DNA from: an archaeon
GTDB lineage: Archaea > Nanobdellota > Nanobdellia > Woesearchaeales > GW2011-AR9
NCBI GenBank assembly: GCA_018670085.1
Contig: JABHRS010000022.1
Location: 3,992 to 67,991 of the forward strand
Direction of reading: 5' to 3'
Length of the DNA: 64,000 nucleotides
Shown here piece after piece: positions 9,880 through 20,013 of the stretch. A model generated the notes under the pieces. That model did no database searches. It had not been told where the DNA came from and saw only the letters and a program-made list of their open reading frames with translations. The translations under genes and the position numbers were made by a program. Each line of letters starts with the position of its first letter. Within the stretch, counting starts at the first letter, position 1.

Positions 9880-12800
9880 CTAACCCATAAAAGCACTCAA
9901 ACCTACCTGACGATCCTTCTCTTTACCAAACACCACATCAATATTTAATTTTAGAAGGTTAATTGTTTCTTTAAGATAAGGAGAGAAATCATACTCATCA
10001 CAAAGGTCAAGCGACATCTGCACATACTTAACAACAGAACCTTGCGAAATTGTAAAAATTATATTTCCTTTAGTGCACTCGGTACAGTTCATAGAAATTG
10101 GTGGCCTTCTGTATTTAGTGTTACAAGTTGTACAACGAAAACCCTGCATACTAAACTTACGGAAATTTCCTTTAATATCCGCTAAAAAGTGTTTACGAAT
10201 AACTAAGGCTGCAACCAGATCCATATCAACCGCTCTCACCTTTTTGGCAATATCCATTTGGCCAAATAATTTCTCCTTCATACTTGGAAGAGTCTTATAC
10301 GCACTACATTGGATTCCTTTATTAAAATCGTCAACATCGTGAGTGAAACCAAAATCTTCATATTGATTTTCTTTACCAACTCTATCATCAAGTTGTTCAA
10401 TTTTTTTTTGGTCAGGACCATACTTTAACTCCCATGGTTTTTTCATCTCTAAAGCTGCCTCATAAAGTTCTAGTGGGTAATTCCACATTACATCAACCCC
10501 TAAAACTTGATCGTCAACTTCTGCTGGAGATAATACTGGAGTTAGAACTAACGCAGCATCCATAGTAGAACCCCTGCTAGAAGGCAAATATTCTTTGGAA
10601 AAATTGAGAAGGCCATCCATTAAAAGCATCACTGCAGCTTCATCTCCATCACAATCTCTACGCATTCCTGCATGATACATGGGATGGGCCAGTAAACTTT
10701 GAGTCTGAGAAAAACCAATAATTCTACCAACTGTTCCAGCTGAAATGTGTGGAGCTAGTCCTATTACCAAATGCCCAATCAAATCCTCTTGTTTTTCAGC
10801 ATTATAAAATGGTTTCATCTTGTATAAATTCACCATGATTTCGTCAATAAATTTTGTGATTCTGAGTAGAACTTTAGAAGATGAATCCTCGATAGCATCA
10901 TAATTTGGAAGGACTAAGTCTTGTGGTTTCATCTCCAAAACTTGATTAGTGTCAGTTAATTCTTTCCCATGAATATCTTGTGTGTAACCAAGTTCAATTA
11001 ATTTTTTTATAGATGTTTCAATTTCTTTTGGTTTGAAATGAGTTAAAGGTAATTCAGTGCAATCATACCTAGTCGTTCCATCTTTATTTACTGCAACCGA
11101 ATATTTTGCCCGATAAATTCCCTTGATCAAATTTTCAGGGATCTTTGCTTTGTTTGAAACACCTTTAACACCCTTAATTACATCAGGATAAATTCGGAGG
11201 TTCAGTTCTTTTAGGACCTTTTTGAAATAATCTTTGATGTTTAAGTTACCATAGGCATAATCGTCAGAACGATTGTCTTTAGTTTCAAACAACTCACCAT
11301 ATTGCTGTTGAAATTTGATTAACCATTCTTTATTGAACATACTTTTGATCGTCCCCTTTTCTAAAGCTGATTGAAAAGTTTTCATCCGTCCACCCTCTTC
11401 TCCCACTGGAAATAACACATGAGGTTTACCTTTCATAGAACGCATTTTAGATTTTTCTGGACGACCCATCCTGGCACCAATAAAGGTCCCGGCCTTATCT
11501 TGCTGGATTACACTGTTGATGCTGTTTAGATACTCAAGAGCATTTTGGCAATCTTTTGACTTTATTGGATCAATGGCTAAATTTGAAAGCTGTTTTTGAG
11601 AATTTAAATTGAATAGTTTGAGGATTAATTTTGCTTGATCTTTTTCTAAAACTAAATTTTCCTTATCTAAAACCAAATGAGGAATACCTATTTTTTCTAA
11701 CAATGCTTTTCCTTTGATTTGTACTGATTGGGATTCGAATAAAGGAAGGATTATTTTTTCTGTTGTTTCTGTTGAATGTATTTCTTCTTCACTGCCTTTT
11801 ACTCCTTGTATTTTTCCAAGTTTCAAATAGCTGACAAGGGAGTTTAAATCTGAGATATTTAGAAGTTTCCAATAATAAGAATAATACGAGTGAAGTGCCA
11901 CATGGTACTCCTTAGAAATTTTTAATGCTAAATCTAATTTAGGATTAACATATAATGGTTTTTCAACGGAGTTTTGAAATTCAGTGATTTGTTCTGTGGT
12001 CAGTTTTAGTTTTTCTTTAATTTGTTCAAAATTTAATTTTTCCTTTTTGTCAAAAGCTTCTTTCCCGAGAATGGCTTTTTGTACCTCAAGAGACCACCAC
12101 TCAGGACAATAACCTGCTGGAACTAGTTTATGTCCATTCTCACTAAAGTCGCCATAGTTAAATAGGATGTCGCCCAAAAATAAAACTTCGTGGACTTCCT
12201 TCACAACTTCTTTTGCTTCAGCTTCAGTGTGCAAATATTTTACAGTCCCATCTTTTAAAATTACAGTCGGACCATCGATTGTGTCACACAAGGTGATTGT
12301 AGCTGCCTTTCCTGGTCTTTCTACTTTTAACTGAGTGCCTACTGCAATATAATCTTCAATCACAATTAAACTAGCTGGATTCATAGCAGCCGCTGAAAAT
12401 CCAGAAGTTCTTCCACGACCATATCTTAACCTTAGGCCACCTGGTGCCATGGGATGAGTAATAACTGGCCGACCAGCTACAATATCTGCGATGAAAGTGT
12501 CGTTAGCCCTTAGAACTTCTATTTTCTTTCCGTCTTTTCCAAAAGCATCTTTAGACGCTGGACCTTCCTTCGCAGCACTATGTTTTGCATGAATTTCTTC
12601 CTTTAGTTTAATGAAGTCACCCATGAATTCCCAATCCAAATCGTAATCTTTTCCCCATTTTGATAATCTTTTCCAAAGTTTTGGTGACTTCTGACAAAGC
12701 CCCTCTGCAATAACAAGACACATTCCTCCTCTGATAAGGTTTGTCTCGATCCTTGGGATATCCTTATAGTTTGATACCTCAATTCGTTCAGTTGGATCAC

Positions 12801-13599
12801 CATCAACTTCAATTGGTAAATGTTCTACCATAAATTTTAATTCTTCATTACTTGGGCGGTATTGTAAATTAGTAACCCGGTCATGATAATCATTTACTTC
12901 AATCACATAACGGCTTACTTCTTTTTCAGTTGGATCCCAAGGTGCATAACCCATTTTCACCCTAACATAATCTGCAAGAATTACTGAAACTGAAGACGCT
13001 GTACCTCCTGCTCCTCTAACTGGGCCAGCATATTGCAAAGCGAAATATTCCTTACCATTATCTCTTCTTCTTTTGAGTTTTAAACCTACAAAACCCTCTA
13101 ATGGTGCAGCTACAATCCCAAGCGTTAAGTACGCAAAACCTGTTCGGATTCCAACTTCTATTGCTTCAATTTTAGTTGGGAATTTACAAAACTTTTGCTG
13201 TGCGATTTCTTCTGCAATTCTAAACCCAACTCGCCAATCTAATAAACCAATTTCATCTTCTAACTCTTCAATACGTTCTGTGATCCCTGCACCAAGTACT
13301 TGTGGGGCTACAATTGAGATTAATCCAATTACTCGCTCTGCCATAGAATTTGCTAGCATAATCTCCACATCATCATGAGGATCTAACCCTTTTTTCCTGG
13401 CTTCCCTGGCAATTTTGTAAGAGTGATCAATCTCTTCACGCATTTTTGCAAAATATTTATGCATCGATTCTGACGCTACAATTTCCATAAAGTATATACC
13501 TCTATTTGGCTTTTTAAGGATTCGCCGCTCTGAACCTAACTGTTGGGTTCTATCCTCTAAAACAGCTATTCTCTCATTATTGAACCAAATAATCTCCAA
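9880..13599 (-). CDS. DNA polymerase II (PolD) large subunit DP2
   Basis: N-terminal YFAKMREEIDHSYKIAREARKKGLDP, catalytic RRDCDGDEAA, C-terminal zinc fingers (CTTCNTKYRRPP...CTEC). No intein-sized insertion. By comparison with Pyrococcus DP2, the ATG at 13488 (MEIVASESMHKYF) may be the true start. Confidence 0.95.
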   Translation of the reverse strand: MEIIWFNNERIAVLEDRTQQLGSERRILKKPNRGIYFMEIVASESMHKYFAKMREEIDHSYKIAREARKKGLDPHDDVEIMLANSMAERVIGLISIVAPQVLGAGITERIEELEDEIGLLDWRVGFRIAEEIAQQKFCKFPTKIEAIEVGIRTGFAYLTLGIVAAPLEGFVGLKLKRRRDNGKEYFALQYAGPVRGAGGTASSVSVILADYVRVKMGYAPWDPTEKEVSRYVIEVNDYHDRVTNLQYRPSNEELKFMVEHLPIEVDGDPTERIEVSNYKDIPRIETNLIRGGMCLVIAEGLCQKSPKLWKRLSKWGKDYDLDWEFMGDFIKLKEEIHAKHSAAKEGPASKDAFGKDGKKIEVLRANDTFIADIVAGRPVITHPMAPGGLRLRYGRGRTSGFSAAAMNPASLIVIEDYIAVGTQLKVERPGKAATITLCDTIDGPTVILKDGTVKYLHTEAEAKEVVKEVHEVLFLGDILFNYGDFSENGHKLVPAGYCPEWWSLEVQKAILGKEAFDKKEKLNFEQIKEKLKLTTEQITEFQNSVEKPLYVNPKLDLALKISKEYHVALHSYYSYYWKLLNISDLNSLVSYLKLGKIQGVKGSEEEIHSTETTEKIILPLFESQSVQIKGKALLEKIGIPHLVLDKENLVLEKDQAKLILKLFNLNSQKQLSNLAIDPIKSKDCQNALEYLNSINSVIQQDKAGTFIGARMGRPEKSKMRSMKGKPHVLFPVGEEGGRMKTFQSALEKGTIKSMFNKEWLIKFQQQYGELFETKDNRSDDYAYGNLNIKDYFKKVLKELNLRIYPDVIKGVKGVSNKAKIPENLIKGIYRAKYSVAVNKDGTTRYDCTELPLTHFKPKEIETSIKKLIELGYTQDIHGKELTDTNQVLEMKPQDLVLPNYDAIEDSSSKVLLRITKFIDEIMVNLYKMKPFYNAEKQEDLIGHLVIGLAPHISAGTVGRIIGFSQTQSLLAHPMYHAGMRRDCDGDEAAVMLLMDGLLNFSKEYLPSSRGSTMDAALVLTPVLSPAEVDDQVLGVDVMWNYPLELYEAALEMKKPWELKYGPDQKKIEQLDDRVGKENQYEDFGFTHDVDDFNKGIQCSAYKTLPSMKEKLFGQMDIAKKVRAVDMDLVAALVIRKHFLADIKGNFRKFSMQGFRCTTCNTKYRRPPISMNCTECTKGNIIFTISQGSVVKYVQMSLDLCDEYDFSPYLKETINLLKLNIDVVFGKEKDRQVGLSAFMG

Positions 13600-13618
13600 A
13601 AATGATGAGCGTTTTTAG

Positions 13619-13626
13619 TTTATAAA
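13619..13626 (-). promoter_or_regulatory. candidate TATA box upstream of the DP2 gene
   Basis: Palindromic TTTATAAA about 20 nt upstream of the ATG at 13599. If it is functional, the longer ORF would be leaderless. Confidence 0.3.
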
Positions 13627-13701
13627 TAATGGTGGTGCTTGACCAGTGGGTTGTGGGTAAGGAGTTGTGCGATGTATGGTTTCTAGTGGTTTGATTCAGA
13701 A

Positions 13702-15999
13702 TTAAAATAAAGTCCGGTGTTCTTGCTTTCGCCTGTTAACATAAACTAAATGGCCGTTATGTTTTGTGAAGTAACATTGATCAGAATATGCTGTTTGGTT
13801 GATGCCTGCTATCATATTTACTTTCAGCATTTTTGATGTAACTTCATCCAGTTGTTTTTTTGTGAAATGCATGTTATGATCATTCGCTAGATATGCGATA
13901 GTTGGAATTCTTTTTCTTTGGATTATTGAGAACAGTTCAGTTTGAGTGAACCCTCCATTTAAAAGTAAAATTCCCTTTGAAAGATTGATTGAAGCAACTG
14001 AATTTTTTGGGTCAGTGGTTCGTTTTAGTAATACATTCAAATCTTTTTTAATTGAAGATAATGCTTCTACAAATAAATCCCTAACATGTTTTGGATTCAT
14101 TTTTTTGCAAAGTTCTAAATATCCTTCTGGTTGGATTGGGCTTCTTCTGTGTCCAATTCCTTGCCAAATTAATGGGTTCTTGTGAATATGTTGGAGAATT
14201 AAATAATAATTTCGATAAGGTTTATTTGTGGCATAGTACATATCTAATCCCTTAACAAATGAAGTTCCCTCTAATTCCTGCCGTAGTTTTGCTTGACCAC
14301 GATATCTCTTAGGGATCAATTGATTATCAAAATAAGTAATATTGTCTGAAGTGTAGTTGATAACTAATGAAAACTGGAAAAAGTTTTTTTCTTTTGCAAG
14401 TTTTAGCAATTGTTTGATGTTCAGATTATTTTTTTTACTTGCGAGATAAATTGCTTTGGAAAACGGATCTGAACCAATATAAAATGCGTTTGTCTCTTTA
14501 TAATTATCATAAAAATGAATTCCGTCTGCTTTGTCTGTTGAAATTTTTATCTCGTTTGTACCGAAAATATTCATTAATTCTTCATGATGAGACACCGCAT
14601 ATTCAAAAGCTTTTTTGTATGGTTTGAACTTCGCGATCCAGCCAAGATAATTTTTTCTAATCCAAAGTAAATTTTTAATTATATCTATAATCTCAGTACT
14701 CCCATGTCTGGCATCTCTTAAGCATAGTTCTGGAAATTGATCCATGGTTCCTGCAAAATCTAACATATGCCCTTTATCGATTGTAGACATTATTGGAAAT
14801 AACAGCAGGCCTCCCACTTTCCTGTTTTCATCTTTGATATATGCACTCGACCTTTGGTGTTCTTGGTAGCCAAAGGAAATTCCATCGGTAACTCTCCTGC
14901 TAAAATCAGCTGATGACTGTTTATCAGAGAAATATTTTTTCTTTCGGATTAAAGTGTCTAGTGGGCTGGCAATAACTCCATCCTTGAATAATTTTTTAGT
15001 ATTTCCTCCTGGGAAATAATGGCTAACAAAGCCTGGTGTTGCAAAGGAAGGAATCTTATCTGGGTTCATACAAAGAGCAGGAAACTTGCTAGATGAATTG
15101 AAGATGAGGATTGTTCCTTTTGGAACCTTGAAATAAATATTACATAATTGGTCAAAGTCTTTTTCTGATAAAACTTTTCTTAAATGATCTTGATTATTTT
15201 TTAACATATCAATCCATTCACTAGCGATGTTCTTGGTGTTGGTGAATGTATTCCAACTGAAATTGTAGCCAAGACAATGATGATTGTCAAAAAAATAAGC
15301 TTTTTTATGGAACTGTTCTGCCCTACCTTTCTCTAAAAAATATTTGAACATTGGAATTGATTTAATGTAGGCAGTCTTAACTGCACATTCTCTAAAATAT
15401 CCTTCAACACCCAAGATTAATTGATGACTGGAGTTGAAGTTAGTATCTTGTTTTACTTTTGTTTGATGGTCTTTAATGACATTCTTGACTTCTTTTAGTA
15501 AAGCTAAAAGTCCCATGGCAGCAGCATGCGCTTGCCCTTCTAAACTCCCAACTTTCTTTGTATCTTTTTCTTTGATTGCTTTGGCTAATTCTCCAGTGTA
15601 CCTGGAAAATTCTCTGATTAAAGTTGCTGAATGGACCCTAACTTGTTCTGAAATGTTACGAACTTTTTGTTTTTTAGAGTTATCCAAATGAGATGATAAT
15701 TTATTTATTTCTTTGAATAATTTTCTTTCATCTGTTACTCTGCGCCGCTCTACTCTGCTGATTCTATTTAAATTTCGTTTTTCATCTTGGAATATTTTTA
15801 CTACAAGCGATGCATGCTCTTGTATTTTTTTGTGATCTTTTTCGGAGAGCGCCTTTGAGCCATCCTTTATGGCAGTTTCAATTTTTAGAATGTGTTTTGT
15901 TTCTTCAATTAATTCAGATAATAATGATACTTCAAACAGTAAATCTTTCTCTTCTTTAAATTCTAATTTAGCAGCTTTTTGAGAATCCATTACCATCAA
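13702..15999 (-). CDS. uncharacterised 765-aa protein (N-terminal coiled coil plus large unknown domain) lying between the two PolD subunit genes
   Basis: Long clean ORF. Residues 1 to ~190 are Lys/Glu-rich and heptad-like; the rest is rich in aromatics, Lys and Asn with no motif I recognise (no Walker A, HExxH or DxD). Confidence 0.7.
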   Translation of the reverse strand: MMVMDSQKAAKLEFKEEKDLLFEVSLLSELIEETKHILKIETAIKDGSKALSEKDHKKIQEHASLVVKIFQDEKRNLNRISRVERRRVTDERKLFKEINKLSSHLDNSKKQKVRNISEQVRVHSATLIREFSRYTGELAKAIKEKDTKKVGSLEGQAHAAAMGLLALLKEVKNVIKDHQTKVKQDTNFNSSHQLILGVEGYFRECAVKTAYIKSIPMFKYFLEKGRAEQFHKKAYFFDNHHCLGYNFSWNTFTNTKNIASEWIDMLKNNQDHLRKVLSEKDFDQLCNIYFKVPKGTILIFNSSSKFPALCMNPDKIPSFATPGFVSHYFPGGNTKKLFKDGVIASPLDTLIRKKKYFSDKQSSADFSRRVTDGISFGYQEHQRSSAYIKDENRKVGGLLLFPIMSTIDKGHMLDFAGTMDQFPELCLRDARHGSTEIIDIIKNLLWIRKNYLGWIAKFKPYKKAFEYAVSHHEELMNIFGTNEIKISTDKADGIHFYDNYKETNAFYIGSDPFSKAIYLASKKNNLNIKQLLKLAKEKNFFQFSLVINYTSDNITYFDNQLIPKRYRGQAKLRQELEGTSFVKGLDMYYATNKPYRNYYLILQHIHKNPLIWQGIGHRRSPIQPEGYLELCKKMNPKHVRDLFVEALSSIKKDLNVLLKRTTDPKNSVASINLSKGILLLNGGFTQTELFSIIQRKRIPTIAYLANDHNMHFTKKQLDEVTSKMLKVNMIAGINQTAYSDQCYFTKHNGHLVYVNRRKQEHRTLF

Positions 16000-16075
16000 G
16001 ATCTAATAATTAAATTTAGTATTTAAATATTCACTTGTAAAATTGAGTTATTGTTGAAAAAAATAGAAATTACTA

Positions 16076-17794
16076 TCAAACAAAACGTAAAACTCTAACT
16101 TCCCTGGTCTTCAAATTTACTACTGGAACCCGTCCTGGTTCAGGATTGTGTCCAAGCTTTTCTTGGAAATCAGTTTTAGATTGCCAACAACTTCCACAGA
16201 TCATAGTAACTGCTTTATAATTTGCAACACTACTATAATGGATATGCCCAGAGATCATAATATCTGGAACTTTAGTAATTAATAGAGGGTCAACATCATA
16301 AGCTGGAAGATATGGCGTTGACTTAAAGGCAGGAGCTAAATGCCTGCGCTTTAATAAAAATTTCATAATTAAATCTGCACGGTTATATCCTCCATTATTT
16401 CGAATACTATCTACATTAGCTACATAATAATCAAAACTATAACCATGATACATCAAAACATTGATACCACCAAAATCAGGAGTCTTTGCGATAGTAATTG
16501 TGGAAGGATTAGAAACTAATTCTACGTTTTCCATTGCATGCAACTCCTCAGTATATTCTTTGTAGAAAACTGATTGAGGTTCAGCTAAATGAACTAAATC
16601 ATGATTACCTGGACAGATGAAAATTTTCTTGTCTTTTGGAATTTGTTTAATGAACCTGGTGAACTCATCATACTGACCTTTCATATCCAAGATTGTTAAT
16701 TCTTTATGTTGATTAGGGTAAATTCCGATCCCGTCAATTAAATCACCTGCGATAAATATATACTTTACTTTATTTGCAAGATCTTTCTGTGCATCACTTC
16801 CAGTCTCTGCTTTCAGCCAGTTCATACACTTTTGAAACTCTTCATCTAAAAAATTATTACTACCTACATGAATGTCTGAGAGAAAAATAGCATATTCTTC
16901 TTTCGGTGCTTTTTTAAGATCAGCTGAGTTTGGGACATCTGGCCAAACAAATTCGGATGCAAACATGATGTCACCAGAGTTGGACCCAGAGATTCCAATC
17001 ACTTCATCAAAAATTAATTCTTGAGCTTGTGCAAAGGCGGCTTTATTTTTTTGAGAAACTATTACTTTGATATGACCAGTTAAATCTTCAACTGTGATAA
17101 TATAATTATTGTTCCTGGTGAGTGCGATATCATATACAACACCAATGATTGCGCAATCTTCCTTCTCTTTTTTTTGTAATACTCTACTAATACTAGTAAC
17201 ACCTTTCATTTCAGGATGTGCACGAATTATTTTCTCTAAAAATTTGTAACGGCTCTTAAAAATCCCTGCAAAATCTTTTACTTTGTATTTTTTAGCGATG
17301 TGGGCGTAATTAACAACCACTTGATATGATACATCTATTTGCTGTTCTTCTTCTAAAGGTAAATCAAATTTTTCATTTAATCCTTCTTCAAACATTGTTC
17401 CTGGTGAATCAAAAGAAACTTCAACGCCACCTGGTTTTAACTCAGTTTTAGCTGCATGAATTGTAGTTGTAGTTCCTTGTGTTTGAATACTTGATTCAAT
17501 TGCACCTGAGAGAGAAACTGCACCTGTATTTTGAAGATGGGATTGATACAAATCCTTCTCTTCTGGAGTTTGTAAGTCGATTCTGTGAGTGTCTAGATTT
17601 TTTGAGTCTATTAATTTACCATCGTCTAATTGAAGTGAAATGTCTTGATTGTCTACAACCAATAAATTGTTTTCCTTTCGAATTTTTTCAATCAAAGTTC
17701 CATCAGTATCAGATTCAATCTGGTTCATCATCTCCTTTGTGACTAAAACTCCTTGAGCGAAGAGTTTTTCGATTAATTTTTCTTTGGATTCCAT
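16076..17794 (-). CDS. DNA polymerase II (PolD) small subunit DP1 (Mre11-like phosphoesterase/exonuclease)
   Basis: Calcineurin-like phosphoesterase motifs in order: FLSDIHVGS, IAGDLIDGIGIYP, CPGNHD, MYHGYS, SGHIH. An OB-fold region precedes them. Confidence 0.9.
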   Translation of the reverse strand: MESKEKLIEKLFAQGVLVTKEMMNQIESDTDGTLIEKIRKENNLLVVDNQDISLQLDDGKLIDSKNLDTHRIDLQTPEEKDLYQSHLQNTGAVSLSGAIESSIQTQGTTTTIHAAKTELKPGGVEVSFDSPGTMFEEGLNEKFDLPLEEEQQIDVSYQVVVNYAHIAKKYKVKDFAGIFKSRYKFLEKIIRAHPEMKGVTSISRVLQKKEKEDCAIIGVVYDIALTRNNNYIITVEDLTGHIKVIVSQKNKAAFAQAQELIFDEVIGISGSNSGDIMFASEFVWPDVPNSADLKKAPKEEYAIFLSDIHVGSNNFLDEEFQKCMNWLKAETGSDAQKDLANKVKYIFIAGDLIDGIGIYPNQHKELTILDMKGQYDEFTRFIKQIPKDKKIFICPGNHDLVHLAEPQSVFYKEYTEELHAMENVELVSNPSTITIAKTPDFGGINVLMYHGYSFDYYVANVDSIRNNGGYNRADLIMKFLLKRRHLAPAFKSTPYLPAYDVDPLLITKVPDIMISGHIHYSSVANYKAVTMICGSCWQSKTDFQEKLGHNPEPGRVPVVNLKTREVRVLRFV

Positions 17795-17843
17795 TTTAGT
17801 GTGTATTTAGTTTAGTTAAATTATTATTAAATTCAAAAATGAA

Positions 17844-19049
17844 CTAATTATTCATTTTCAAAGATTTCTCAATTAACTCTTGAAGCTTTATTTTCATCAT
17901 CTCATCAAGGGAGACACTTACTTCACGGGTTCTACCATACCTTCCTTTGGAGATGATTTTAGCATTAATTATTCCAAGCATATCAAACTCAGCTAGAATG
18001 TCAGAGATACGTCTCTGAGTTAAAACATTAAATTGGGCCTTTTTACAGACTTGACTATAAAGTTCATAAATTTCTCCTGTGAAAAATGGACGCTTGTTAG
18101 GAGTTAATTGAAGGATTGCATACAATACTAGTTGAAATTGTTTTGGTTGACTAGTTACTGTATTAACTATCTTATCGGACTCTATTTTTTCTTCAGCCTT
18201 ATCTAAATGGTTAAGTGCAACTGTTTTGGAATTTTCACGTTCTGCTAGTTCCCCTGCTACTCGAAGTAAATCAATTGCACGACGCGCATCACCATGCTCA
18301 CGAGCAGCGTAGGCAGCACACTTCTCAACAACACCAGGTTCAACAACACCAGGAGCAAATGCTTGCTCACAACGTTGTCTTAAAATATCTTGAATTTGAA
18401 GCGCATTATATGGGGGAAAGATTAACTCTTCTTCTGATAGAGAAGATTGAACCCTTGGATCCAAATTTTCTGCAAAAACTAAATTGTTTGAGATACCAAT
18501 CAAACATATTTGAGATTGTTTTAACTCAGCATTGATACGAGTTAAGTTATAGAGCATTTCATCTCCCATCTTTTTAGTTAATTGATCGATTTCATCTAGA
18601 ACCAGTAAAACAATCTGCTTCTTGGAATCTAAAAGAGAATAAAATATATTGTAAACTTCATCTGTTGGAAGACCGGTTGCTGGAACTTCACGGCCAAATG
18701 CCTTAATTATTTGAGCAATTAAACGATATTCAGTGTCTGCTACCCTTTTTAGTTTGCAGTTAACATAAATTGATTTTAATGGGATCTCTCTTTCTTTGGC
18801 AATCTGATCCATTGATTGTAATATGTATTTTATAGACAGAGTTTTACCAGTACCAGTCTTTCCATAGACAAAAAGGTTTGAAGGGCGTTCAACTCTTAAT
18901 GAAGGTGCTAGAATATTTGCGATCTCACTAATTAATTCTTCCCGGTAAAGAATTTCACTTGGAACATAGTGGGAAAGTAGAAGAGCCTTGTTTGTAAACA
19001 ATGATTCACGTTCTAAAAAATGTTCAAAAAATTTTTTCATCTTTTTCAT
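17844..19049 (-). CDS. cdc6: Orc1/Cdc6 replication initiator
   Basis: AAA+ Walker A VYGKTGTGKT, Walker B LVLDEIDQL, sensor region, C-terminal winged helix. Adjacent to the predicted origin. Confidence 0.95.
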   Translation of the reverse strand: MKKMKKFFEHFLERESLFTNKALLLSHYVPSEILYREELISEIANILAPSLRVERPSNLFVYGKTGTGKTLSIKYILQSMDQIAKEREIPLKSIYVNCKLKRVADTEYRLIAQIIKAFGREVPATGLPTDEVYNIFYSLLDSKKQIVLLVLDEIDQLTKKMGDEMLYNLTRINAELKQSQICLIGISNNLVFAENLDPRVQSSLSEEELIFPPYNALQIQDILRQRCEQAFAPGVVEPGVVEKCAAYAAREHGDARRAIDLLRVAGELAERENSKTVALNHLDKAEEKIESDKIVNTVTSQPKQFQLVLYAILQLTPNKRPFFTGEIYELYSQVCKKAQFNVLTQRRISDILAEFDMLGIINAKIISKGRYGRTREVSVSLDEMMKIKLQELIEKSLKMNN

Positions 19050-19060
19050 TCTACACAGTT

Positions 19061-19084
19061 ACCCCCTCATTTCTCATGGAAAAT
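19061..19084 (-). promoter_or_regulatory. ORB-like box 1
   Basis: ACCCCCTCATTTCTCATGGAAAAT. The reverse strand reads TTTTCCATGAGAAATGAGGGGGT (TTCC..GAAA-type dyad plus G-string). 12 nt upstream of the cdc6 start. Confidence 0.55.
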
Positions 19085-19145
19085 AATTTAATTTTAATTC
19101 TGAAACATGTTTTTTAGGTTAAATTGCATATAACGTTGCCTTTTA

Positions 19146-19174
19146 CCTACCTACCCTATCATTTCCAGTGGAAC
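19146..19174 (-). promoter_or_regulatory. ORB-like box 2 (contains TTCCAGTGGAA core)
   Basis: CCTACCTACCCTATCATTTCCAGTGGAAC. TTCCAGTGGAA matches the mini-ORB core described for Sulfolobus and Pyrococcus origins, with an adjacent GGGTAGG string on the reverse strand. Confidence 0.65.
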
Positions 19175-19544
19175 TTCTTTAAATATATATCGAAAACAAA
19201 AGAGAGGTCTTTGAATTGTGTTATAGAAACAATGATGAATGAACAGTAAACACCGAGTATAACTAAAGTAATATGTATTTTGTACATGATTGACTGGTTT
19301 GAGATATATTTTTGAGTAGAGTTAAATGCAATCATTGTGTTGGATTAGGTCAATTTCAATTGATTAGGATGGATTGGTTGTTTTGAAAAAATTGTTTTGT
19401 GTTGTTCGCTTTTTTAGTTGGTTTGAGCATAAACTCAGTAAGAAGTTATTGAATGTGAATATAAATCAAATTGGTATTTGTTTTTTTTACTATGTGCATC
19501 TTCTTCTTCTGTTCTATGCTTTGCTACTTTCCTTCTACTGAACT

Positions 19545-19650
19545 TTTATGATTATTATGATTATTATTATATATTATATTATTATTTACAATATAGTAAA
19601 TAAATATATATATATAAATAAATTAAAATAAAAAAAAACAAAAAATCAAA
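19545..19650. other. candidate DNA unwinding element
   Basis: About 105 nt of almost pure A/T (ttatgattattatgattattattatatattatattattatttacaatatagtaaataaatatatatatataaataaattaaaataaaaaaaaac), preceded by a pyrimidine-rich tract at 19499-19540. Confidence 0.5.
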
Positions 19651-19986
19651 GGTAAAATTTTGGTTTAGGAAGAGAAATAGAGGAAGCTTCAGTCTTAAAG
19701 GTAATTCTTATGTTTAGCGCTTTGTTTATTTTTTGAATTGAAGACAAAAGATTATTTCGTTTTTCTTTTAATGATAAAGGTGTTTTTATTTTATCTAATT
19801 AATTATATTATCTCTGTTTGATTCATGTTTAAGTATTGTTTTGTTTTTTGATGAAATACATTTAACATAATAGTATTGAACCACATTCATTTTTTTCTTT
19901 TTTGCTGCTTGTTAAATGCAATTGTCTTTAAGTAGAAATTTTTGTGCGTTAGATGATTTTGATTTTTTCACTTTTTTAAAATAAGA

Positions 19987-20013
19987 GTTTCCATCGGAAG
20001 TGGAGGGGTAGGG
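19987..20013 (+). promoter_or_regulatory. ORB-like box 3 (opposite orientation)
   Basis: GTTTCCATCGGAAGTGGAGGGGTAGGG has the same dyad plus G-string architecture as boxes 1 and 2 but is inverted, on the far side of the A/T tract. Confidence 0.6.
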
